Positions 22,303 to 34,900 of a DNA stretch of 64,000 nt are shown in pieces; the stretch's first letter is position 1, and each line of letters opens with the position of its first letter. Position numbers and translations under genes: made by a program. The DNA comes from Lytechinus pictus (lineage: Eukaryota): positions 44,580,001-44,644,000 of the forward strand of contig NC_087251.1 of NCBI RefSeq assembly GCF_037042905.1, read 5' to 3'. The notes beneath the pieces were generated by a model that searched no databases, was not told the DNA's origin, and saw only the letters and a program-made list of their open reading frames with translations.

Positions 22303-22671
22303 CAGGGTGCTACATAACTTTTTAGAAGCACTGACTGGGCAAGTAAATTTTTGAATAGTTCAAATATACTTGCCCAAAAATCTATTTTCACCTGCCCGAA
22401 AAAATCATTGAAAAAAAAGTTTTACCTCTTCAAAAGAAAGTATTGCGGTTTTATAAACCATTGACCTTTTTCTCTCTTGACATGAACTGATCATGGGTTC
22501 AGGGTCAATATCACATCATATCGACCCTAATTTTGGTCATTCTACTGTGAAAATTTTGCTTGCCCAATTCGGGCAAGTAGTTTTGGTCTTTACTTCAAAA
22601 CACTTACATTGTACCCGACTCTGACTTTTCCTTGCCCCGGGCAATCGGGCAAGTGCTTATGTAGCACCCTG
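22303..22671. mobile_element. hAT-type MITE inserted in the putative BEL 3' LTR
   Basis: TIR CAGGGTGCTACATAA / TTATGTAGCACCCTG, TSD CCCATACT / CCCATGCT (7 of 8 match), with internal CTTGCCC/GGGCAAG repeats. Confidence 0.85.
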
Positions 22672-23139
22672 CCCATGCTATATAATGTATATATATATAT
22701 ATGCTGCTACATTACCGGCCCCAAATTGACAGACATCAGGATGTTGATTTCTACAAAATATCATAAGCGGCAAAGATCCCTAAGTAACAACAATGAATAT
22801 AAACAATAAAACATACATAGCAAACATCTTGGAAATTAGAAACATTAAAATAAACATCAAGAAGACATAAAAGATGATTATAAAGATTAAATAATTATAC
22901 TCATTATTTCATGCCAATAATCATTGATATACTCTAGAACTGCTAATAACCAACACAAATACAAGACAATATATTTTATGTGATAACGAGAAGGTTGGAA
23001 ATGCATCAAGTTGCATGAAAATTACACAAAAATGAATTTAAGTGAATGATGGCTGCGCACATGCAGGGGTAGATGAGCTCTATACCTCATTCATCTTGAG
23101 CAGCGTTGTGCTCACTACTTTCAAGCAGGCAAAGCTTGT

Positions 23140-26100
23140 TTATAGGACGCACGTAAAACCTAACCCTAAAAAATCTTCTTGGCACATTGAAAACGAATCA
23201 GTATCGAGATTGTGAGCCACTTCAAGGTGCACTGCCCTGCTTGCAAGGCATGTGAAGATACATCCATATCTCTTCACTGTTTTCCGCCCTTCCTTAACAT
23301 AGAATGGCCCAAAATAATCAATGCCAACACTAGAAAATGGTGGTTTGTCAGGTGTGACTGTCTTTAGGTAAATCTGCCATGAACTGTTGCCCTCTGGCAG
23401 CATTCCTCTTCTTACATCTGAAACTTCTTTCAATTGTTTTGCGTACTGTAGCTCCACCATTAATGATCCAGAACCGCTCTCTCAAGGAGTTCATGTAGCA
23501 CCTGCACCACAATGTCCCACCAATATGTGATGATGAGCAGCTTGGTGACATGGTGTCCACTTGGAATGATCTCGGGGTGTTTGCTATCATATGGTACTGA
23601 TGAATTAGCCAGTCTTCCACCAACGCGCAACACTCCATCTACTATGACAGGATTAACCTTTGCTAAGCTAAGACCAGAGGTCTTCTTAGCACTCCTATCA
23701 ACAACTTTCAGCTCATTAGGGAACTCTCTCGCTGAGCGTACTTAACAATAGCCACTTCAGCCTCCTGCAGCTCTGCAGGAGAAAGCACATTGTTGGTGCA
23801 TGGCTCTTTGTTTTCTGACCTCTTCAAGCAAAGCTATCTCAAGAATCGCCTGATCCAGGCAGCGCCCTTCTTGAGTCTCGTCAATGGTGATTATTGTTTC
23901 AGGAGATCATCCTGTCACTACTGACAAAGTTGCTCTTTGCTATCTATTTCACTTCAAGGTCTCCTTGAAGTTCTTGCATCGATCAAAGGAGATGCAAGGG
24001 TTGTGGCCATTGATCCTGTTTCTTCCACAGGAAATCAGGCCCATTAAGCCATCTTGATTTGGAAGTCATTTCACCTGCAGACAAGCCTCTAGACCCCTCA
24101 TCTGCGGAATTCGACTTCGTTTTTACAAATCGCCACTGCGCAACATCAGTTGCAGCACAGATCTTAGATACATGATTAGCCACAAATGTATGAAAGTGCC
24201 TACTCTCATTTAAATATGCTGATGTAGAATCTGTGTAGTAAGTGGTTGTGGCTATCAGCAGCTTCAACTCTTTCAGGATGGTCTGGCCATGCAGGACTGC
24301 CAGAACAGCTCCTGAGAGCTCTAGATTTGGTATTATAGTCTTCACTGGCGCTAGCCTTGTCTTCCCCATAACAAAGGCACTGTGAACCTTTCCTTCCGCA
24401 TCCTCTGTACGGAGAAAGGCCACTGCTGCATACGTTCTCTGGGAAGCATCGCAAAAGATGTGTAAGTCGTGTCTTGATGTCTCTGCATTTGTATTTAGTT
24501 TCAGACACCACTGAATCTGCAGTCCTTGCAGTTTGCTTCCATAAAACTTGTTCAGCTTCACCAACAACTTGATCCCATCCTATGCCTTCTATGCAAACAT
24601 CCTGCAAGAGAATCTTTGCTACCAGCAAAAACTGGGGCTACAAATCCGAGAGGATCGTATGAAACACTGGTCACCGAGGATTTACCTTGAAAGTGAAGAT
24701 GTCAGCTTCATTATTCCAAGATACCCCAAGAGTTCGCTCCATGGGAGGACTATCAAAGTCGAGGTCAATTACAGATGCTGTTTGCTTGGAAGGAGGGATA
24801 CTGGCAATGACATCATAGTCATCACTGACCCACTTCGTGAGTCGAAATCCTCCAGCTGACAGCACCTTACGTAGACCTCTTGAAAGGTCTTTTAGTATCT
24901 TGTCGTGTTGCCACAGACATAAGGCAGTCATCTACGTATAAAAGTTATCTTTCACTGCCTTCGTCGCTTCCTCGAGCCCCACTCCGCCATTTTCCTCGGC
25001 AGCCTTCCTCAGTGCAAAAGCTGCACATCTTGGAGAGGAAGTGGCACCAAACAAGTGAACCAACATCATGTAGGTCCTTGGACAAGTCTCCTTTAGGCCA
25101 CCAGAGAAATCGCAGCGCATCACTGTCTTTAGGTGCTACCTTCACCTGGTGAAACATTGCTTCAATGTCGGCCATCAAGGCAACCCTTTCTTCTCTGAAT
25201 CTTTTCAAGACGCCAACTAGGTTATTATTGTAATCAAGTCCTTGGAGTAGCTGGTCGTTCCGTGATGTGCCATGGCTCCAGGCCGCACAATCAAAGACTA
25301 CTCGTACCTTACCTTTCTGTGGATGGACAACTGGATGATGAGGCATGTACCATGTCTTTCCTGAATGACATGTACTATCCACATCAGACACTTCTTGAGC
25401 ATAGCCTTTCTCTATGTAACCCGCCACAGTTTCTGTATACTTCTCATGCATCACTTGGTCCTTAGCCAAGCGCCTCTGTAATCGCATTTTCTTGCCATCG
25501 GGCAGATTGACATCCGGATGACACCAGGGCAATCCAATCTCATAGTGCCTATCGACCTTTTTGACTGTTTCTTTGAAGATCGCTTGAACTCGCTGATCTT
25601 CTACTGACAGCCCCCTTTTATCCTCATGGCAGTGCTCCATAGTCTTTGGAGCAAGTCATCACCCATAAATGTATGAGTGAAGTTAGAAGTGAACCCTGAC
25701 CTCTGTCTACTTTGGTCCTAGGTTGGTCCTAGTGGGTCCATCACAATACTGTATGCATAGCATATGGTTCTCCCTTCTTACCTTGTCTGTCTTCCTTAAC
25801 CCAAAATGCTTCCGGAGTATCCCCTCCAATGAGGAGCATTACTTCATTGGAATCGATTTAAGGGATGGTGATGTCATCATCAGAAATCGGCAACTTCTCG
25901 ACTGTCCACACCCCTTCTAAGTCAATGCATTTAGTTTCCTTAATTCCAGAGACTGAGAGTTGGATCTCTGTACCACTCATCTCCTTGTTCTCCTGGTTAA
26001 TAGTAGACAGATTAAACCTTTTCTTGTCACCTTTTATACCCAGTTTCTGGGCGAATCTCTTGTCACAAAGTGAGACATCACTTCCCCCATCAAGACCCCA

Positions 26101-26490
26101 AGTTTTGACTTCTCGACCACAATTTCTTACTTTAACAGGGGTTATTCTCAGACAGACCTTCCTATTAACTGATGCAGCCAGACTGGTAGCCGATGGTTGG
26201 TTTGAAACATTCCCAACCTTGTCATTTCTGTCATCACTGGCCCCGGTTGAGTCCTAGGTTGGTCCTAGTGGGTCCATCACAATACTGTACGCATAGCATA
26301 TGGTTCTCCCTTCTTACCTTGTCTGTCTTCCTTAACCCAAAAAGCTTCCGGAGTATCCCGATAGCCGATGGTTGGTTCGAAACATTCCCAACCTTGTCAT
26401 TTCTGTCATCACTGGCCCCGGTTGATGCATCCAGCCGTAGGAATTAAAGGACATGGTGCTTACCTCTACAGTCCTGATCACACAAGGACT
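23140..26490 (-). pseudogene. Fragmented BEL/Pao gag-pol polyprotein
   Basis: ORF-track pieces 24945-25640, 24932-25123, 24671-24931, 23983-24567, 23348-23638 and 23140-23460 carry consecutive RT, RNase H and integrase motifs in different frames. Confidence 0.9.
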
Positions 26491-29400
26491 TTATAATGTA
26501 TATATGCCGCTACAGCGGGGTTTGGTGTAGTTAGGCTTGGTGGGTCCCAGATGGCTAGTCGGGCCAATCTGCGCCCTGAATAGTCTCTGGCAGTGTGGAC
26601 AGGGAATATTGGCAGGTGCTGTAAGGTTGGAAATCCTTGCCTCCCTGTAAATTAGCAATCAATAGTAACTTTTATGGAATCATTTATTCTAGTCAGCTGT
26701 TGTCATGATGTTAGTTTATATGAACATTTGCTTTATTGCAACGTGTGCCCTGGTGAAGATACAGGCATAAAGAGCCATAGCATTATTTACAAAGAAAATG
26801 TGAGACATGATTTGATTTCCATAACCGTGTTCTCTATAGTGCTAATCTCCCATAGTTTCGCAGGCAAGGAAGCATAACTGTCGTTTTAACTATCAAGAGA
26901 AGCTTTGTTACATGAGTGCAAAATGAGCTTAAGTTATTTGTGTCATTCTCATTTCATGTTACATATTTGTTGCATTTTCACTTGAAAATTATGAATCAAC
27001 AGTACTTTGTTCATGTCTCCCAGTCATTCACTCAATATATGTTTTGTACGTGTATGCATATCTGAATTGTTAATTTTTCTGAGATAAAGACACTGAATGA
27101 TAAGCCCGTTTTTGTGTTATTTGTAGTTCTTGTATTAATTTTTGATAGTTTCCCATTTATCAGACACAGTTAAGGTTTTGTTTGTGAGAACATTTCTTTC
27201 ATGATATGGAAGAGAGTTGTGCAGATATGAAAGGGAAGAGAAGTCAAGAGAGATGTGATGTTTGTCTATATTTAATAAAATAAAGAGTTATTGTTAAAAT
27301 GATTATTATTGATATGAAAGTATGACTGCATCGTTTGAGAAATTAACAGGCTAGATAACTTATATTTTTGTGGTACAGGCATCTCTAACTTCTGGAGAGC
27401 GCTATGCCAAGATGCAGGCATTCCAGATAATAAATTATTGTGTTGTTGGCTTTCCATACTAGTTGGGGTTCATTTGCATCAAAAATGTTTCCAGATAAGA
27501 TGTATTCCACTGCCCTGTCTTACAAAGAGTTGTGATTGATCTAATCAACCTAAACTATGGAAAACCATCAATGTCATAGTTATCATTACGTGATATTTGC
27601 TCATTGTGTGAAAACACAGAAGACAATGTCTTGTATATGAATACTGTATTCATCATTTTGAACACACTTACCGGTATGCATTTTAGATGTTGGGGGTTGC
27701 TGGCTTTCCACAATGGTGAATTGGATCAATTGCAACTCTTTATGAGAAAGGGCCCATGTTGGTCTGTGTGAGATGAAAAGCTACCTTTTCCAAAACTTAA
27801 CTATAGAGGGAGACTCAAGACCCCCCACCCCAAACCAGCACCAATCCAATAAGGTAGACATTTGGGGTGGATTACTGTGGGGAGGGGCCGTCTCTCTTTG
27901 TTGGGCTTTGGGAAAGGTCAATTCTCTCTCACAGAGGCCAAACTGGACAATAAAAGATGGGGCTGAGATGTAATTAAATGAGCTCTCCCCTTAATATCAT
28001 CATTGCCTAAAGGAATAGACGGACCACACAAGTTATACAGGTATTCATATAAAAACAGTGGTTTATTTCTACAAATGTATGTACAGTACACTTTCTATGA
28101 CCTTCACTGATACATATACAGGGTATACCACACTCATCACATTCTTTGCACACTGAAATGTCCCAAACAAAGCTTGTATCAAAATCAAATATGAAGATAG
28201 ATCAAAAGTCCAAGTCAACCCTTAAAATCAGTTTGAGTCAAATCTTTATAGTCGGTATCATACAATTAAACTGTCATCAATCTTCGATGTATGATGAGGA
28301 AGTCGCAGCATTTCAAAATTCTTGCATTCATATATGAAAGTGACCAGTATCGATAACATGGGCAGTATGCAAGACATGGGCTGATGTAAGAAATCTCAAG
28401 TATCCTTTTTTTTTGCTAGATGCATGGGTGTTTCCCCTTGTATCATTGAATATCTTACACATACCATTAGAAGTTGAGGTGGTTTATACTTTCTCAAGCA
28501 GAATATCAAAATATCTGATAATTCATGTAGCTACGCAAATAATAAGAGGACTAATGATATGTCATATACTTTACCATATCAATAACGATTCCAGATTTGA
28601 ATAAAATGCTGTGACTTTTTTAAAATTTACAGTTCTTAACTGCAATCTTACATCGGGTAGACCGACGAACGTAAAGGGCGTCAACACTGCAGTTCGTTGG
28701 GGGTAAACTCACATAAGGCTATTGTTCATACTTGAGAAATAAAAGTTCCTTCCATCACATCATTGTATACTTTAGATGTTAATTTCCACATGCTGAGAAT
28801 AATTAATAAACTTGAATCGTGCTGTTAAAAAATGGAACAAACAACACTTATCTTTACAAAATGTACAAACTAATTCTCAAATGATATCCATTTTGGACGG
28901 TAATCTTCAAACAAAAATTTCCAGACTAGAAAACTTCCATTCAAGTTTCAACATAGTATTAAATGGCCATCAAATATAAACAAATGAAAACAGCAGATTG
29001 GAACAAGAAGGGTCAAGCAATGGCCTATTCTCTTGATGCACATGTCCACATGCAAAGCTAGTTTGAATTTTCAATTCGGGGCATTTTCATGATTGAAATC
29101 ATCCCAACTATTCCCGACATAGCTTTGGCTTTGGAAGCTTTAGATGTTTACTTGAGCCTTTATTCTGATGATTTCAATGACAAATATGGCCAAAATTAAA
29201 AGTAATCTCACACCCTATTTAGCATGCTGAGCAGATACACATGAAACAACGGCTTGTTAAGATACTGGCCCTTACATGTCAAATAAAAGAAAAATTACTT
29301 TACAGTTCATTGCATGCATATATCCCACTGGGATTATGTATGTTTATGATAGAAAATGAACTTGGGACACTTTGAATTTCCGTATCAATGAAAATTTCTC

Positions 29401-31913
29401 ATAGTGCCATTAATCTGAGCATTTAGAGAAATGCAGCATTTTGAGGTTGCGGGATGTGTCATGTTTGCAATAGTTATGTATAACTTATGACAATGCCCAA
29501 TTTGTCAAATTCTTTACAAGAAACAAAAACATTTTCAGCAAATTAATCACCTTCAGGGGGAACATGGCATTACCACTTAAGTCACCTCTATATTTGCCTA
29601 TTTTATATTTTAACATCAAACAGGATATCTGATTCAAGATTACACTGATGATAAATTAGTGAATAATAGTTCTTTGAACATATATATACTTATATTTTAA
29701 TTGCGAAATTGGCCATCTCCTGTGGGAATTTCAGGATGCAATGGCACAGCGAATAAAACATTCAAAGGATTATGTTGAACAAAAGTGCATATTGAATTCC
29801 TCCTAATCTTGTGTGGGGAAAAGGTAACTAAATAGCATAGTTTATAAGCTTCAACACTTTCATTACCAGTCAGGGAGAATATTCCTAGAAAAAATATCAG
29901 TGGAAAGCAATTTTCTACGAAGTGATCATATCTGTCTAATTGTCGATGTTTTGTTGCAGGGTTTCTTAGTACAAATACTCTCATTATACATACTGAAGTA
30001 TCACAAATTTTGGCTGCAAGTTTGTGTCAGATTTATGAGTGGTTATATATTGCAGTACTGTCTGTAGTGCAATAAAGTTTCAGGAAACAGAAGTATATCT
30101 TACGTATCTCTACAAAAAAAAAAACGACAAATTTTGCATCAGAAGCATTTGTTATGTTCAATGTAATAACTCCAGTAAATTTTTTTATATCCAAATCACA
30201 AGATCAGAAATAAACTGTCCATGTACATTAAAATTTTTTTAATGTACATTTAAAATTGTGGTCTATAAAGCCATGTAAGACATGGTGATATTATCCTTAG
30301 TTCTTGCAGAGTCTTGATATCTTAATTATGCCGTTACGATGCCATGGCCTATATCCACGCAACTGAAGACATATATGAATTTGCACTAACTTATTAAAGA
30401 GTTTGATTGGTTAACAGCCTTGTGGAGACAGAGGACCGACCCCAAGTCAATCTCCTACATTTGTGATAATCTTTTACGCCTCATCTTGGTTTTGTACATA
30501 AAATGGTTCTGAGCTTTGTGTTCGAGTTTTGTTGTCCGTATCAATCCTTTAAGAATTTAACTTTGAAATAAATCATAGACCAAATATGCACAGATGTCCA
30601 TTATCATGAATACTTGTATTTTTCAAAAGTGTCAAAATCAATTGAGGCTGTCAATATTGTATCAATGTATTCCTTCTCGAAACTGAAGAAGCTGCTCATT
30701 AAACACATACTAACAACAAACCCTTTTGGTATAAATCCAAGAATCAAATATAAAAATCCAAAATGAGCTAAAATATTTGAACATACAGAAATAGATTGCT
30801 AGTTATAATGGATGAAAATGAAAAATTTCCATTCAGAAAGAATATTCAAACATTTCCTCTGAAATAACATTGGAAAAGAAAATAAATTTAAGTGACAAAT
30901 TCTTGAGGTTTTATCTGGCAATGAAGATAAAATACATGAAAAATATAGCAAACATTGTGAAAACTGATGTCAAAATAACCCTGGTATTGTCTGAAATTAA
31001 AATTTCAACAAAGTGGTAGATTAGGTAAACAGAACATGCTCTTGTCTATTGCTTAGAGAGATTCCTTGCACACATGCCTAAAGATAAGTGTTAACGGGAA
31101 CCAGACGAATGAAATGCAAGACTAATCTTCTTCTTAATTTCAATCATTTACCAGTAAATGATTTACAAGCTCAAAAGATTTGTAAAGTCCAGCTGCTTGA
31201 CTCAGTTTTGAGCAGTTCTAACACACAGCACAAACATACAGGGACGAAGTAATTCACAAAATTCCTTTCGTTTCGACAGTACATGTTACGACTGTCCGAA
31301 CGCGAAAACCATAATACATAACCCACTTGGTATGGAGGAAATTCTTTCTAAATACACCAAAAGCACGCACAGGGCACCAACAAGAATCTGGATGTATTGG
31401 TGACTGTTTCCAATTTGCAGTTGCTTTAATCCTCTGATATCAATCTCGCGTTCCGAAGGATGATTCTTTAACCCAAGTTGTCAGCATTTTGCCAAGTATC
31501 CCCCTCCTTCGATGCACCACTATATGTATAACAAGAGTCTATTATCTCTCATGGATGGCGACCGGGTGAAGCAAGCTTATCGCATTCAGTTCCGGCCATG
31601 TGGTCCCTGTTGTGTAGAACACGGGTCAAAGAGTCCTTGGTGAAGGTCTGCAGGAAGCATTTCATGAAACAAACGGTCAGTGATCTTCACTAACTATTGT
31701 TACAAGCTACTGAGATCCTGGCATCTGATTGGCTCAGAGCACATTTACCAGTGAAAAGCACTGATAGATATTAAGATCCTTCATGAAACTTCACTGACAA
31801 GTGTTATAAGCTACTGAAATCCTAGCATCTGATTGGCTGAGAGCACATTTGTCAGTGAAAAGCACTGACCAGATGCTTCATGAAACCACTCCCCATGGAT
31901 GGTTAAGGTGGAG

Positions 31914-34900
31914 TTAGATCAGTCCTCTCATCTTCTTGTACTCGTCCAGGTTGAGGGACCTCCGAGGAGCACCTTGAGGGTCTCTCTCCGAATTGACGGC
32001 AGAGATGGGTCGGGATTCTGTACAAACAAGAACAAGAGAAGATGATGACAGAACATTTTGAATGTGAAAAAGTGACTGTGTCTTTGGCGTAAAGGTTTGA
32101 TTAACACATTTTTGAGAGAGTGTTTGTAAGAGTTTTACGAGTGATTATGTCTTTGCCGTAAATAATTGACAAAAATTGTTTTAGATGGGGTATTTGAATT
32201 TGATGCATACACATTTTTGAGGAATTTTAGGGAGAAAAAGGTCATGTTGACAGTATTCGTGTGTAAAAAAAGACAAATGGGATTAACAAATGAAAACAAT
32301 GCTGACTTTAAAATAGCTGTGCAAAACTCAAAAGACGGAAAGGGCAATTTTGGGGAGAAAAAACATGTGGAGTTGTAAACTTTATTAAAAACAAATACAT
32401 TAAATGCAACTTGCAAATGCAGATAGATTCCTAGTCTACATAAGCCAAGGAAATAAAGCCCAGAGCAACCAACTCTACAAAATTCAGCCTCGATCAAAAG
32501 AGGAATTATATTTTTATTTCTAGTTATTTTTATCTCACCTGGTATAGAAACATCGAGGTCAATTTTAATGTCAAAGTCATGGGCCTGGAAGAGATCCTCG
32601 GATACCTTCCTATCTGCGACCTTTGCCGGGACTGCTTCCTGGGTCAGTGAGGCAATGATATCTTCTTCCTGCAATCAACACAGAAATATATCGGTCAAAT
32701 TTCAATATCAATGTTATTTATGAAGAAAAGGGCAGTGATCAAATATTGCAGTTTGGTATGGAAATAAAAGTCAAAATTATCATTTTTTTTTAAAATCTAC
32801 CTTCATCATCAGTTTGACATTACGGGTCAAACTAATTTTAATCTAAGCTTTGCATTACTCGGCCCCTTCCCAACTGTATATATCATACATACTAGTAATT
32901 CAAATTAGGATAGTTTATTGATTTTGATCCAAACAAATAGAAATTTCTCAATTTGACAAAAAATGTATAAGAAAAAAATCAAATAGCAAACAGGGCATCG
33001 ATGGAATAGAACACTAAGATTCAATACTGTATTGGGCCACTGGGACTGATATACAAACACCCCACCCCCAAAAAATCAAACGAACAAACAAACTTGAACA
33101 GAAAGAGAATTTTTAATGGATCCAGAAACTATTACCTATCAAGTCAGTATGAATATGGATGATGAAAAGTTCATTTAAATACACACGATGTCTTCATCAT
33201 TTACAAGCATTAAGTTATCATTAGGAATACAAGGAAATTATAGCATCAATATCAAACCTACCCTTCTTTTCTTCATCTCCTCTTGTTCTCTCTTTTCCTT
33301 TTCGGCCTTCTCCTGCATAAGCCTCTCTTCTTCCAGTCTCTTGAGAATATCTGCCGTGTCTTCACGCGCCTGTGAAGGAGGAATCATATGGCGATGTAAA
33401 TGTGTAAATAATACATCTTAAACATTGGCTAAGTCATTCTAGAAATAAGAGGGGGACAGAGATGAATATGGGGAGAAAGGGTAAAGAGGTGAGAAAGAGA
33501 TTTTCTATGTAATAGAAATTGAAAGATGGAAGAAAAAACATTTACATGGTAAAAATATGTAATGTAGTTCATAGATGGATAATATGAACATATGATCATA
33601 CTTCTAGCTGATTTGAAACCACCATAAGCAAGCAGGGGCATGTGTATATTAATTATCATTTTTCTATACGTTCGATAACTTTAAACCCCCCACTCACCAC
33701 CCAGATGCCAAATGTGTAACCTGGGCCCTGTAACACAAAGGTTAGCGATTAATTGCAATTCGATAGAACAATTCTGATTGGTTCCACTTCAGTCCTCGGA
33801 GCAAAATGTGCATGCAACGATGATCTTGATAGGCCATTTCATTTAGCAATTAATTGCTAACCTTTATGTTTTACGGGCCCAGTAGTATGTCATGTTGTTT
33901 GCCAAGCAATTGAAAGAATCTCGTTACAATGCTCCTCAGGGAGTGGAGAAAGAGCATACATTGCGTACTGGAAATCCCTGATGTATCTGTAATGTGCTTA
34001 GAGATGGCATTCTGATGTATTGATCACAATGTAAAACCGAAAATGACTATCATTTTCCGTTTTACTTAATTAAATCACTTCTGAATGTCTTACCTTTGTC
34101 ACTAGCTGTGGTCTACAATGCCTGCGTGTGAAGGGATCCGGTGGGGCGTTTTCAATCTCTTTGATTTCTTCTTTCATGGCCACCTCGGACTCTGCAATAT
34201 TCCTATTTCTGTTCCTCTGATTGATGTACCTATTAAATGAATATATAAATGAATAATACTAGTAAATGAATGAATAAATAAATGAATAATAAATACTAGT
34301 AAATTAATGAATAAAAAAATACTTATTCATGTTCAGACAATCAAACTTTAATAGAAATAAAACATGTCCTATAAGACATAATTTTAAATAGTGGTCCAAA
34401 TTCTTTCATACTGTCTCACGTTTTCATAATTTTTCTGAGACATCTTTTTCTTTCCATTTTGTATTCATTTTATACTGATGTGAATGATTCTTAATGTCTT
34501 ATACTGATGCTAAAAATGCAAATGTACAGGTACTAACATGCAGTGTTTGCGTATATATCTAGAGAATAAATGAAAGTTATATGCTTCTCCCTCAGTTTTT
34601 TTTTTCAGGTTTCTTTCTTACGTGATTGCATTGACTTCACGGTTTCTGATCCTGTCCAGTTCCTGAGCCCTCTCTTCCAGGTCTGTCAGCTTCTGAGATA
34701 AACCTTTGGCCCTGTCTTCGTCTCCTTCTATTAATGCTTGGTCCTGGGGGGAAAAAATATTTTGAGTGTTGTCAGCATACTATGGGCAAGGCTACACACT
34801 CACTTTTTTTCTTGGTGGCCCAAATGGTCCACCATAATTATCAATTTCACATTCAGGGTGGCCTGCAAGGCAAATTTGGTGGCCCTAAAACAATAGAAAA

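Larger units (their letters stand above)
21331..26514 (-). mobile_element. Decayed BEL/Pao LTR retrotransposon
   Basis: Minus-strand order is: gag knuckle remnant (CDQDCRGKHHVL, ~26445-26485), protease (LDGGS, ~26085), RT (YMPHHPVVHPQKGKVRVVFDCAA, DIEAMFHQV, HLFGATSSP, frameshifted YVDD at ~24927-24938), RNase H (LHIFCDASQRTYAAVAFLR) and integrase (GIDYFGPF...RAVHLEV). A PPT-like GGGGCCGGTAA precedes TGTAGCAGC at 22711. There are many frameshifts. The left boundary at 21331 is inferred from a ...TTCAACA LTR end. Confidence 0.85.

Noticed and set aside
32135..32538. 179-aa ORF 32135-32674 as a separate gene
   Set aside because: Only 32668-32539 is RTF1 exon 16; the rest is intron read-through.
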